The translations under genes were made by a program, and so were the position numbers. Positions 9,474 to 18,595 of a stretch of DNA of 64,000 bases are shown here, in pieces; positions within the stretch are counted from its first letter, which is position 1; each line of letters starts with the position of its first letter. Source of the stretch: Candidatus Micrarchaeota archaeon. Lineage in GTDB: Archaea; B1Sed10-29; JAJSAI01. The notes below the pieces were generated by a model. The model was not told where the DNA came from, ran no database searches, and saw only the letters and a program-made list of their open reading frames with translations. The stretch is taken from contig CAZVAJ010000001.1 in NCBI GenBank assembly GCA_964625085.1, forward strand, positions 32,001 through 96,000. The letters are read 5' to 3'.

Positions 9474-10498
9474 ACAAAATGACCCAAACAGAACAAAGAA
9501 AAAATGATCATATCGTCATGTGCCTGTCTAAAAAAGTAGAATCAGGAAGCACTTGGCTAGAGCACGTGAAACTCGTGCACTACAGTCTGCCTGAAATAGA
9601 CTTTAACAAAGTGAATCCAGGCACAGAGTTCCTCGGTAAAAAGTTTAAAATGCCAGTCATGATAACTGCAATAACCGGAGGAACAAAGCGTGCGCAGGAG
9701 ATTAACAGAAAAATCGCGCGCGTTGCGCAAGAAAAAGGAATCGGAATGGGGGTAGGAAGCCAACGGATTATGATAGAAAAACCTGAAACCAGCGAAACCT
9801 TCCAGGTCAGGGACATAGCCCCAGACGTATTCCTGGCAGGAAACATAGGCGCTTATCAAATAAAACAGTACTCGGCTGAGCAGGTGCTAGAAGCAGCTGA
9901 CAGAATAGAAGCTGATGCTCTGTGCGTCCACCTGAACGCTGCCCAAGAAGTATTCCAGCCAGAAGGGGATACTGATTTCTCAGGATGCTTGAACGCATTA
10001 TCTGACCTGTGCAAAGCTGCAAAAATCCCAATAATAGCAAAAGAAGTGGGGAATGGAATAAACAAACAGGTGGCAGAAGAGCTCAAACAGGCAGGGGTAA
10101 GCGCGATAGACACAGAGGGAGTAGGCGGAACGAGCTGGATCCTTGTTGATTCTCTCAGGGGAGGACCTGACCCAACAGAGTTCCTAGACTGGGGACTTCC
10201 AACAGCCACATCTGTTCTTGAATGCTCAAGAACAGGACTGCCTGTAATCGCTTCAGGAGGCATACGCTCCGGCTTAGACATCGCCAAAGCAATATCCCTT
10301 GGAGCAAGCTTGACTGGATTCGCACTGCCAGCGCTGAAAGCAACAGAAAAAAATGAACTGAACAAACTACTAGACAAAATAGAGTTTGAGCTTAAAACAA
10401 CCATGTTCCTAACCCGGTCCAGCGATCTCGAAAGTCTCAAAAAAGCAGACAAGGTTATCTCAGGACCGCTTAAAGAGTGGATAACACAAAGAAAATAA
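9470..10498 (+). CDS. fni: Type 2 isopentenyl-diphosphate isomerase (FMN-dependent)
   Basis: RK.DH, AITGG, GVGSQR, HLN..QE..QPEGD, KEVG.G, ASGGIR. Confidence 0.96.
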   Translation: MNKMTQTEQRKNDHIVMCLSKKVESGSTWLEHVKLVHYSLPEIDFNKVNPGTEFLGKKFKMPVMITAITGGTKRAQEINRKIARVAQEKGIGMGVGSQRIMIEKPETSETFQVRDIAPDVFLAGNIGAYQIKQYSAEQVLEAADRIEADALCVHLNAAQEVFQPEGDTDFSGCLNALSDLCKAAKIPIIAKEVGNGINKQVAEELKQAGVSAIDTEGVGGTSWILVDSLRGGPDPTEFLDWGLPTATSVLECSRTGLPVIASGGIRSGLDIAKAISLGASLTGFALPALKATEKNELNKLLDKIEFELKTTMFLTRSSDLESLKKADKVISGPLKEWITQRK

Positions 10499-10546
10499 AC
10501 AAGAACACCGTGTGTGTACGCAAAGGAGTAGAAAGAGGAGACGCAG

Positions 10547-11791
10547 GTGACAGACGAGAGAATAAACAGTATAGCAATCAAACATGCTCTCAAAAATGCT
10601 GTAGAACACGGTGGAAAAGCAGCAGCAGGGCCCGTAATAAACAAGGTTCTCGGAGACCTTCCTGAAGCAAGGTCTGACATGAAAACGCTGGGCAAGACAG
10701 TAACAAAAACAGTAGCTGAAGTTAATTCACTGAGCGTGGAAGAACAGAAAAAAAGGCTTCTTGAAATATGGCCAGATGCCCTTGAGAAAAAGCCTGAAAA
10801 ACCCAAAGAGTTCCCTGAACTGCCGGGGAACACAAGCGGGGTGGTCCTACGGTTTGCCCCAAACCCTAACGGCCCGCCCACAATAGGATCTGCTAGGGGC
10901 GCATACGTCAACTGGTACTACGCAAGAAGGTACGGTGGGAAGTTTGTACTGCGTTTTGATGATACTGATCCAAAAACCAAGCCCCCTATGCCTGAAGCAT
11001 ATGACTGGTACCTTGAAGACTTCAGATGGTTGTTCGGAGAAGAGCCTGATGAAGTATACTACCTTTCTGACATGCTGCCAGAAGCATATGAGTACTGTGA
11101 AAAGCTCATAAGAACAGGAAAGGCTTATTCCTGCAAGTGTTCCCAAGAAGAAGGCAGGAAGTACAGAACACAAGGAAAAGCATGCCCACACAGAAACCAG
11201 ACCCCTGAAGAGAATATGAAAGAATGGAAGAGAATGCTTTCCGGAGAATACAAGGAAGGAGAGATCACCATCAGGATAAAAACAGACCTTAAAGCAAAGG
11301 ATCCTGCGCACAGAGATTTTGTCGCCTTTAAGATAACCTACGCGCCCCACCCGCGCACAGGAACAAAGTATCATGTCTGGCCCGCGCTGGATTTCATAGG
11401 CGCAATAGCGGACAAAATAATAGGCGTAACACACATAATCCGCGGTAAGGACCTGCGTGATTCAACAACTCGGCAAGAGTATGTTTACAAGTATCTTGGG
11501 TGGAAATACCCGGTAACGCTTTACTGGGGCAGGCTAAAAGTCCATGGGTTCGGCAAGCTGAGCACAAGCCAGATACGCAAAGGCATAGAAGAGGGCAAGT
11601 ACTCTGGATGGGACGATCCAAAGCTCCCCACCCTCAAAGCACTTAAGAAAAGAGGAATCACGCCTGAAGCACTACGCGAATGGTTCAAGAGCATGGGTTT
11701 CACTGAAAGAGACGTGGCTGCAGACCTGCAGATACTGGAAGCGATAAACAGGAAGCAAAAACATTTAAAAACCCGGAAAGCAGAAGAGTAA
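10547..11791 (+). CDS. gltX: Glutamyl-tRNA synthetase, catalytic part only (no anticodon-binding domain)
   Basis: RFAPNPNGPPTIGS (HIGH variant), LRFDDTDP, THIIRGKD, KLSTS (KMSKS variant), GWDDP; ends shortly after EAINRK. Confidence 0.92.
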   Translation: MTDERINSIAIKHALKNAVEHGGKAAAGPVINKVLGDLPEARSDMKTLGKTVTKTVAEVNSLSVEEQKKRLLEIWPDALEKKPEKPKEFPELPGNTSGVVLRFAPNPNGPPTIGSARGAYVNWYYARRYGGKFVLRFDDTDPKTKPPMPEAYDWYLEDFRWLFGEEPDEVYYLSDMLPEAYEYCEKLIRTGKAYSCKCSQEEGRKYRTQGKACPHRNQTPEENMKEWKRMLSGEYKEGEITIRIKTDLKAKDPAHRDFVAFKITYAPHPRTGTKYHVWPALDFIGAIADKIIGVTHIIRGKDLRDSTTRQEYVYKYLGWKYPVTLYWGRLKVHGFGKLSTSQIRKGIEEGKYSGWDDPKLPTLKALKKRGITPEALREWFKSMGFTERDVAADLQILEAINRKQKHLKTRKAEE

Positions 11792-11806
11792 CAGTACCAG
11801 TGAGAG

Positions 11807-11837
11807 TACAAGGCTTTGTCAAAAAAGCCGATGAGTA
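11807..11837 (+). promoter_or_regulatory. Putative kink-turn in the rpl7ae 5' UTR
   Basis: C-stem GGCTTT/AAAGCC, GAT bulge, GA opposite AA, then GTA/TAC; lies just 5' of the GGAGGT SD. Confidence 0.6.
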
Positions 11838-11853
11838 AAGGAGGTAAATTATT

Positions 11854-12222
11854 ATGGCAGCACCACATGTCAAGTTTGAAACACCTAAAGAAGTTTCTGA
11901 CCAAGCGTATAAGGCAGTACAGATGGCCAGGGACACTGGCAAACTAAGAAAAGGAGTGAACGAGACAACCAAAGCCCTGGAAAGAGGGCAGGCAAAACTG
12001 GTTGTCATAGCAGAAGACATCACTCCTCCTGAAATAGCAGCCCATTTGCCCATACTGGCAGAAGAGAAGGGAGTGCCATACGTTTACGTTCCGACCAAAA
12101 AAGATCTTGGAACAGCAGCAGGGCTCCCTGTAGGATCAAGCAGCATAGCAATAACAGAAGAGGGAGACGCCAAATCAATAATAGAATCAATAGAAAAAAC
12201 CGTGAAAGAACTAAAGAAGTGA
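11854..12222 (+). CDS. rpl7ae: Ribosomal / RNA-binding protein L7Ae (eL8)
   Basis: [26 protein letters not shown]. Confidence 0.97.
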   Translation: MAAPHVKFETPKEVSDQAYKAVQMARDTGKLRKGVNETTKALERGQAKLVVIAEDITPPEIAAHLPILAEEKGVPYVYVPTKKDLGTAAGLPVGSSSIAITEEGDAKSIIESIEKTVKELKK

Positions 12223-12226
12223 TTTG

Positions 12227-12433
12227 ATGGAAGAAGGATTCCCTGCACAAGTTGTAGAAATAGTAGGAAACACCGGAGTGTACGGTGAGATCACACAAGT
12301 AATGGTAAAAGTACTTGAAGGAAGAGATAAGGGAAGGATACTCAGAAGAAACGTCAAGGGCCCTGTAAAACAGGGAGACATTCTCATACTGCTTGACACA
12401 GAAACAGAAGCAAGAGAGATTAGAGTAAGGTGA
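12227..12433 (+). CDS. rps28e: 30S ribosomal protein eS28
   Basis: [19 protein letters not shown]. Confidence 0.96.
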   Translation: MEEGFPAQVVEIVGNTGVYGEITQVMVKVLEGRDKGRILRRNVKGPVKQGDILILLDTETEAREIRVR

Positions 12434-12612
12434 GCCAAGTGAAATGTTCCTTCTGTAAGCAAACAATACCAAAAGGCAAGGGAAAGATGATCGTGGGAGC
12501 TAAAGGAGACGTCAAGTACTACTGTTCAAGCAAGTGCGAGAAAAACGCTCTGAAGCTCAAGCGCAGGCCGGAAAAAGTCAAGTGGGTTAAGAAAAAGAAA
12601 AAACAGGAATAA
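12430..12612 (+). CDS. rpl24e: 50S ribosomal protein eL24
   Basis: CSFC...I..GKG, CSSKC, R.P.KVKW. Confidence 0.95.
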   Translation: MSQVKCSFCKQTIPKGKGKMIVGAKGDVKYYCSSKCEKNALKLKRRPEKVKWVKKKKKQE

Positions 12613-12714
12613 TTTTACCCCTTTAATCAAAAAAATCCTCGGGGGCTCTGCCCTTTTAAAACTGAGGAAGGGAACATGCCCTTATTTTCCTCAGTGAAAA
12701 CGGAGACGGATAAA

Positions 12715-14454
12715 ATGGCTCTAAGAAGCCCTATAATATCAGTACTAGGACACGTGGACCACGGCAAAACAACCATCCTAGACAAGATCAGGGGTAGTGG
12801 TATTGCCGCAAAAGAAGCAGGGCTTATCACCCAGCATGTTGGAGCAAGCTTTGTGCCGCTTGAAGCCATAAAAAGAACTTCCGGCCCCTTGCTGGAAAAG
12901 TATGGTTTCAATCTCACGATACCGGGACTATTGTTCGTAGACACCCCTGGACACGAAGCGTTCACAACACTCAGGCAAAGAGGAGGAAGCGCTTCAGACC
13001 TCGCAGTCCTAGTCATAGACATAATGCAGGGAGTACAACCGCAGACAAAAGAATCCATAGAAATACTAAAAGCAAACAAAGTGCCATTCATCGTGGCCGC
13101 TAACAAAATAGACCTGCTTAACGGCTGGATCCCGCATCCTGGAAAACCATTCTTGGAAACGCTGAAAGAACAGCCTGAACGCACGGTCCAGGAACTTGAC
13201 ACAAAACTGTACGAGATCGTGGGACAGCTCGGAGAACTTGGGTTTAACTCAGAAAGGTTTGACAGGGTAGAAGACCTTACCAAAAACGTGCTTATAATCC
13301 CGGTATCCGGAAAAACAGGAGAAGGATTTCCTGAACTCCTGCTCTTCTTAGCAGGCCTCAGCCAAAAGTACATGATGCAGAAACTGAACATAGACACAGA
13401 AAAACCAGGGGTTGGAAGTATTCTGGAAGTCAAAGAAGCGACAGGCCTCGGAATGACCATAGACGTAATACTCCTGGAAGGAAAAATAAAACAATCTGAC
13501 ATGATCGCAGTGGCAAGCAAAACCGGGCCGAAAATAGTGAAGATAAAGGCCCTTCTACAACCCGCGCCGTTAGAAGAAATAAGAGACGCTAAAAGAAAGT
13601 TCAAAACAGTAAAAGAAGTTCACGCTGCAGCAGGAGTCAAAATAGCAGCCCCCGGACTGGAAGACGTTATCCCAGGGTCCCCCTTGTTCGTAGTAGAGCC
13701 AGGGAAAGACAAAGAAGCAATGGAAAAAGTGGAAAAAGAAATGTCAAACGTGAACATAAAAACAGAACCTCTCGGGATCATAGTAAAAGCAGACACGCTG
13801 GGCTCGCTTGAAGCAATATGCAAGCTCATAAGCAGGCATGGGATAAAGGTTAGAAAAGCAGAAGTAGGCCCTGTGAACAAAGTTGACCTAACAGAAGCAG
13901 ACAGCATGAGAGGAGAAGACTGGGAATACCGAGCCATATTCTCGTTCAACCAACCTGTACCCTCCGCCATAAAAGAAGAAGCAAAAACAAGAGGGATACA
14001 AATATTCGAATCAAACGTGATATACCGGCTTGAAGAAGAATACCTCGAATGGCACGAGAAAAAGAAGAAAGAAAGAGAACTTGAAAGGCTCAAAAAGTAT
14101 GTTTACCCTGCTAAGCTGAAAATACTCGAGGGGTATGTTTTCAGGAAAAGCAAACCCGCGGTCGTCGGTGTGGAAGTGCTTGAAGGAATGCTCAAATCAG
14201 ACGTGCCAGTGATGCGATCTGATGGAAAAACAGTGGGGAGAATAAAAGGAATACAAGAAGAAGGAAAATCCAAAGAATTTGCTTCAAAAGGAGAAAAAGT
14301 TGCGGTGTCAATAGAAGACTGCACAGTAGGCAGGCAGGTAAACGAAGGGGATATACTCTATACTGCGGTGCCAAGAGAACAAGCTTACGAAATGATTGAC
14401 AAAGTGCCCGAGAAAGGGCTTCTTAAAGAAATAATGCGTATAAAGGGTGACTAA
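12715..14454 (+). CDS. infB: Translation initiation factor aIF5B (IF-2)
   Basis: LRSPI..LGHVDHGKT, ITQHVGA, DTPGHEAF, NKID; start at ATG 12715. Confidence 0.97.
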   Translation: MALRSPIISVLGHVDHGKTTILDKIRGSGIAAKEAGLITQHVGASFVPLEAIKRTSGPLLEKYGFNLTIPGLLFVDTPGHEAFTTLRQRGGSASDLAVLVIDIMQGVQPQTKESIEILKANKVPFIVAANKIDLLNGWIPHPGKPFLETLKEQPERTVQELDTKLYEIVGQLGELGFNSERFDRVEDLTKNVLIIPVSGKTGEGFPELLLFLAGLSQKYMMQKLNIDTEKPGVGSILEVKEATGLGMTIDVILLEGKIKQSDMIAVASKTGPKIVKIKALLQPAPLEEIRDAKRKFKTVKEVHAAAGVKIAAPGLEDVIPGSPLFVVEPGKDKEAMEKVEKEMSNVNIKTEPLGIIVKADTLGSLEAICKLISRHGIKVRKAEVGPVNKVDLTEADSMRGEDWEYRAIFSFNQPVPSAIKEEAKTRGIQIFESNVIYRLEEEYLEWHEKKKKERELERLKKYVYPAKLKILEGYVFRKSKPAVVGVEVLEGMLKSDVPVMRSDGKTVGRIKGIQEEGKSKEFASKGEKVAVSIEDCTVGRQVNEGDILYTAVPREQAYEMIDKVPEKGLLKEIMRIKGD

Positions 14455-14857
14455 AATGAAAGTAGTTATAGGAGACCCAAAAACAGGGAAAAGCTACCAA
14501 AAGGAGATCGAACAAGGCAATCTCCTCTACGGCAAAAAAATAGGGGAACAAGTCGACGGAAGCATCCTGGAATTAACAGGCTACAAGCTGAGGATAACAG
14601 GCGGAACCGACAAAGACGGTTTCCCGATGAGGCCGGACATCAATGGCACAGACAGGAGGCAGGTGCTGGCAGGAAAATCAATAGGTATAAAAAAGATACC
14701 TGAAAAAGGATACAAAAGAAGAAAAACAGTACGCGGGAACACAATAGCCGAGGACATTGCCCAGGTAAACCTGAAAATAATCAAGTTCGGGGAAAAGAAC
14801 ATAGAAGAAATTATGGGGAAGAAAGAAAATGCCGAAAAAGAAGGTAATTCAAGCTGA
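14447..14857 (+). CDS. rps6e: 30S ribosomal protein eS6
   Basis: DPKTGKSYQ, ITGGTDKDGFPM, RKTVRG. Confidence 0.96.
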   Translation: MTKMKVVIGDPKTGKSYQKEIEQGNLLYGKKIGEQVDGSILELTGYKLRITGGTDKDGFPMRPDINGTDRRQVLAGKSIGIKKIPEKGYKRRKTVRGNTIAEDIAQVNLKIIKFGEKNIEEIMGKKENAEKEGNSS

Positions 14858-16019
14858 AGTGAACATTGGAACAGCCGGACACGTGGACCATGGCAAAACA
14901 ACCATAGTCAAAGCCCTTACAGGACAATGGGTGGACAGGCACAGTGAAGAGATCAAAAGAGGCATCACCATCCGACTGGGATACGCTGACGCAGATTTCT
15001 ACAAGTGCGGCGAACAATATACAGTAAACCCCGCGGACTGCAAAAAACCAGAATTCCTCAGAAAAGTTTCTTTTGTGGACTCGCCCGGACACGAAGCCCT
15101 GATGACCGTGATGATAAGTGGATCAAGTCTTGTGGACGGAGCGATACTGGTTATTGCAGCAAATGAACCATGCCCTCAGCCGCAAACACAAGAACACCTG
15201 GCCGCGCTGGAAATAAACGGAGTTAAGAACATAGTGATAGTCCAGAACAAAATAGACCTTGTAAGCCCGGAAAAAGCAAAAGAACACCACAATCAGATAA
15301 TTGAATTCGTAAAGGGCACAAACGCAGAGGGTGCTCCTATAATCCCCATGGCCGCAAACCACTGCGTAAACCTGGACAAGCTCATAGAAGCCATTGAAGA
15401 GAAGATACCAACACCAAAAAGGGACACGAAAAAACCGCTTAGGATGGTCGTAGCAAGATCATTTGATGTTAACAAACCAGGAGAAAAAATCAAGAATCTG
15501 AAAGGAGGAGTGCTCGGAGGCTCAATACTCCAAGGAAAAATAAGAGAGGGAGATGAAATAGAAATAGCCCCGGGCTTGGAAATCAAAGGAAAATACGAAA
15601 CAATCATCACAACAGCAAGATCTGTATCAGTAACTGATGGAGTAATAAAAGAAGCAGGCCCAGGAGGCCTTGTGGCAGTGCAGACCGGAATAGATCCTGC
15701 CCTAGCAAAAGGAGACCGCATGTCCGGAAACATAATCTCCAAACCCGGCGAAACTCCTCCTGTAAGAGACAGGATAGGGCTGGAACACACACTGCTTGAA
15801 AGAGCAGTATCCGGAAAACCAGAAAACTTAAAGCAAGGGGAAATGCTGGTGTTAAACGCCCTTACCATGACAACAATCGGTCAAGTGACTAAAGCAGGCC
15901 CGGAATACTGCGAACTAACGCTAAGAAGACCTCTGTGCATCAGTGAAGGGGACAGAGTAACTATCTCAAGAAAGGTCAGAGGACGATGGAGCCTGATTGG
16001 GTACGGCATAGTAAAGTGA
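14829..16019 (+). CDS. eif2g: Translation initiation factor aIF2 gamma
   Basis: NIGTAGHVDHGKT, EEIKRGITIRLGY, CPQPQT, RSFDVNKPG. Confidence 0.97.
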   Translation: MPKKKVIQAEVNIGTAGHVDHGKTTIVKALTGQWVDRHSEEIKRGITIRLGYADADFYKCGEQYTVNPADCKKPEFLRKVSFVDSPGHEALMTVMISGSSLVDGAILVIAANEPCPQPQTQEHLAALEINGVKNIVIVQNKIDLVSPEKAKEHHNQIIEFVKGTNAEGAPIIPMAANHCVNLDKLIEAIEEKIPTPKRDTKKPLRMVVARSFDVNKPGEKIKNLKGGVLGGSILQGKIREGDEIEIAPGLEIKGKYETIITTARSVSVTDGVIKEAGPGGLVAVQTGIDPALAKGDRMSGNIISKPGETPPVRDRIGLEHTLLERAVSGKPENLKQGEMLVLNALTMTTIGQVTKAGPEYCELTLRRPLCISEGDRVTISRKVRGRWSLIGYGIVK

Positions 16020-16366
16020 TACTGCTGGACACAAACTTTGTAATGGTGCCAGCACAACTCAAAATAGACGTGTTTGAGGAACTCAGAAAAACCTTTCCGA
16101 ACAAAGAACTGGCAACCATACGCCCTGTAGTAAACGAACTTAAGAAAATACCCAACGGCAGAATAGGGCTTGCGCTAATAAAAGCCCAAGGAATAAGGAT
16201 AATAGAAGCAACAGGATATGCTGACAATGCCCTGCTGAAAAAAGCAGAAGAACTGCACGGCATTGTCGCCACAAACGACACCAAACTGAAAATAGAATGT
16301 CTTAAAAAAAACATTCCCGTGATAATAATTAAAGGAATGAAAAGAGTTGAACTGGTGGTGGAATGA
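16016..16366 (+). CDS. PIN-domain protein (Fcf1/Utp24-like)
   Basis: LLDTNF, NEL, YAD, VATND acidic motifs; conserved position after aIF2-gamma. Confidence 0.88.
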   Translation: MILLDTNFVMVPAQLKIDVFEELRKTFPNKELATIRPVVNELKKIPNGRIGLALIKAQGIRIIEATGYADNALLKKAEELHGIVATNDTKLKIECLKKNIPVIIIKGMKRVELVVE

Positions 16367-16896
16367 ACCTTTACAAAGACATAGAAGCAGGAAAAAGACC
16401 TCCAAAGAGCATAAACGTTGTGGTAGAAATACCACAAGGAAGCAGAAACAAGTACGAATACGACCCCAGCGGGTTCTTCAGGCTTGACAGGACTCTCCAC
16501 TCCCCTGTGGTGTACGACTTTGAATACGGGTTCATACCAAGAACAAAATCCAGAGACGGAGACTCCCTAGACGTTATACTGCTGATAACAAAACCTACAT
16601 TCCCAGGATGTGTAGTTGAAGCCCGGCCAATAGGTCTTCTGGAAATGCAGGACGAAAAAGGAGTAGATGAAAAAATCCTTGCAGTGCCCAAAAAAGAAGT
16701 CGAACCGAGGTACGTTGAAGTAAAAAACTACTCTGACCTGCCTAAACACGAGCTTGAAGAAATAAAATTGTTCATGGAAGACTATAAAAAACTTGAAACA
16801 GGAAAATGGGTGAAAACAAAAGGCTGGAGAAACAGAGAAAAAGCCGAAAAGATCATAGTCGATGCGATAAAAAGATACAATAGAGAGGTGAACTGA
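16363..16896 (+). CDS. ppa: Family I inorganic pyrophosphatase
   Basis: EIPQGSRNKYEYD, YGFIPRT...DGDSLD, DEKI. Confidence 0.96.
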   Translation: MNLYKDIEAGKRPPKSINVVVEIPQGSRNKYEYDPSGFFRLDRTLHSPVVYDFEYGFIPRTKSRDGDSLDVILLITKPTFPGCVVEARPIGLLEMQDEKGVDEKILAVPKKEVEPRYVEVKNYSDLPKHELEEIKLFMEDYKKLETGKWVKTKGWRNREKAEKIIVDAIKRYNREVN

Positions 16897-17454
16897 TTGT
16901 ACAAACTTGTCACAATACAGGATGTTGTGAGGATCCCTCCCCAAATGTTCTCGGAAGATCTTGAAAAGTCCGTTGCAAAAGTCCTGAGAGAAACGTACGA
17001 AGGAAAAATAGATCCGGACACGGGAGTGATCATAAGCACGATAAACCCGAGAGACGTGAGTGATGGAAAAATAATCCCCGGGGACAGTGCAACATATCAC
17101 ACAGTCGTGTTCGATGCGCTGGTGTACAAACCTGAAGTGCAAGAAGTGGTAAGAGGGATAGTGGTTGACATAGCTGAATTCGGTGCTTTCGTGAGGTCCG
17201 GGCCTTTTGATGGTCTTGTGCACGCGAGCCAGGTTACTGACGACTTCATGTCCGTAAACGAAAAAACAGGCGTGTTAACCGGAAAACAGACAAAGCGAAC
17301 GCTGAAAAAAGATGACATAGTCTACGCAAGAATCACCTCAATATCCTACAAGGACAATGTCACTGAAACAAAAATAAACATGACCATGAGACAACCCGGG
17401 CTCGGGAAAACAGAATGGTGGAAAAAGAAAAAAACTAGCAAAAAGAAGGGATGA
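16897..17454 (+). CDS. rpoE1: RNA polymerase subunit Rpo7 (E')
   Basis: DVVRIPP, EFGAFV..GPFDGLVH.SQ, MRQPGLGK.EW. Confidence 0.96.
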   Translation: MYKLVTIQDVVRIPPQMFSEDLEKSVAKVLRETYEGKIDPDTGVIISTINPRDVSDGKIIPGDSATYHTVVFDALVYKPEVQEVVRGIVVDIAEFGAFVRSGPFDGLVHASQVTDDFMSVNEKTGVLTGKQTKRTLKKDDIVYARITSISYKDNVTETKINMTMRQPGLGKTEWWKKKKTSKKKG

Positions 17455-17651
17455 AAATGGCTGAAAAGCTAAAAGCATGCAAGACCTGCAGGCGTATTGT
17501 GGAAGGAGACGTATGCCCAGTCTGCAAGGATTCAGAACTGACCCCAAACTGGAAGGGGTTCATAATAGTCATAAACCCAGAAAAATCAAGTATTGCTAAG
17601 GCATTAGAGATAACCATGCCTGGCAAGTACGCTATAAGACTAGGCAAGTAG
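17451..17651 (+). CDS. spt4: Transcription elongation factor Spt4 (RpoE'')
   Basis: ACKTC..CPVC, W.G, PGKYA. Confidence 0.95.
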   Translation: MKMAEKLKACKTCRRIVEGDVCPVCKDSELTPNWKGFIIVINPEKSSIAKALEITMPGKYAIRLGK

Positions 17652-17660
17652 GTGATCTAA

Positions 17661-17936
17661 ATGGAACTAAAAAAGATCAAGGAAGAGGAGAATCCTCTTT
17701 TGAACAGAAAAAGAATAGTATACGAATCCTCTGGAAAAACCCCAAAAAGAGAGGACGTGCTTGAAAAGATTTCTGCGCTGACAGGAAAAGAGAAAGACGC
17801 AATAAGCATTAAAAGCATAACACAAGCCTACGGATCAAGCACATCCGTAATAGAAGCAAACGTGTACGAAAGTGTTGAGGACAGAAAGAAGTACGAGCCT
17901 ATAAAGGAGGGAAAGACTGATGAAACTAAAAAATGA
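17661..17936 (+). CDS. rps24e: 30S ribosomal protein eS24
   Basis: [14 protein letters not shown]...VY; synteny. Confidence 0.9.
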   Translation: MELKKIKEEENPLLNRKRIVYESSGKTPKREDVLEKISALTGKEKDAISIKSITQAYGSSTSVIEANVYESVEDRKKYEPIKEGKTDETKK

Positions 17937-18072
17937 AGCGTACAAAGTAGAAGGAGCCAAGCTCGAAAGGGTTAAGACCGCATGCCCAAAGTGCGGGGAA
18001 GGCGTTTTTTTAGCAGACCATAAGGACAGGCAGCACTGCGGAAAATGCGGGTACACCAGGTGGAAGAAGTAG
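17920..18072 (+). CDS. rps27ae: 30S ribosomal protein eS31 (S27ae), below the ORF-track cutoff
   Basis: Manual translation [50 protein letters not shown]. Confidence 0.95.
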   Translation: MKLKNEAYKVEGAKLERVKTACPKCGEGVFLADHKDRQHCGKCGYTRWKK

Positions 18073-18073
18073 C

Positions 18074-18595
18074 ATGTGGTTTAGCTTTTCTGTTTATACC
18101 CTGTTATTGCTACTCACGTACTACAGTGTCGGCTCAAAGAATTTTTTGAAAAAAGTAGGATTCAAGAAAATCCGCTTCGTGCAGGACTCTGCACACGCGT
18201 TATGCCTCGCGTTTGCCATGGTGCTCGTGAGCATAGCTATCTCTATTTCTTTTGTTTACATTGGCATGGGAGAAGATACTGCCAAAGTAACACAGACCAT
18301 AATGTCAGCCCAGTTATGGCAGGTGCTCATCATCCTGATAATCGGGCCGATTATTGAAGAAATATTCTTCAGAGGATACCTGCAGAAAAAGACAAACCTG
18401 ATCACGGCCTCTGCTGCATTCTCCTACTTTCACGTACTGTACGGATCAGTTTCTGAGCTTGCTGGAGCATTTATACTTGGATTAATGCTTGGAAAAGCGT
18501 TTGAAAACACTAAGAACTTGTACATACCTGTACTATCCCACTACCTGTACAATTTCACTGTACTTGCAATAGCCCTTGCTGCACAGGCCTCATGA
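18074..18595 (+). CDS. CPBP/Abi-family intramembrane glutamic protease
   Basis: PIIEEIFFRG, F...H, H..YN motifs; hydrophobic helices. Confidence 0.9.
   Translation: MWFSFSVYTLLLLLTYYSVGSKNFLKKVGFKKIRFVQDSAHALCLAFAMVLVSIAISISFVYIGMGEDTAKVTQTIMSAQLWQVLIILIIGPIIEEIFFRGYLQKKTNLITASAAFSYFHVLYGSVSELAGAFILGLMLGKAFENTKNLYIPVLSHYLYNFTVLAIALAAQAS

Noticed and set aside
9856..10911. Long antisense ORFs (also 12627-13604 and many shorter ones)
   Set aside because: They are shadows of well-supported plus-strand genes, with Ser/Phe-rich composition and no motifs.
12661..12695. Archaeal SECIS element
   Set aside because: GAA-GGG/CCC is not followed by the expected single A, and no in-frame UGA selenoprotein candidate is nearby.
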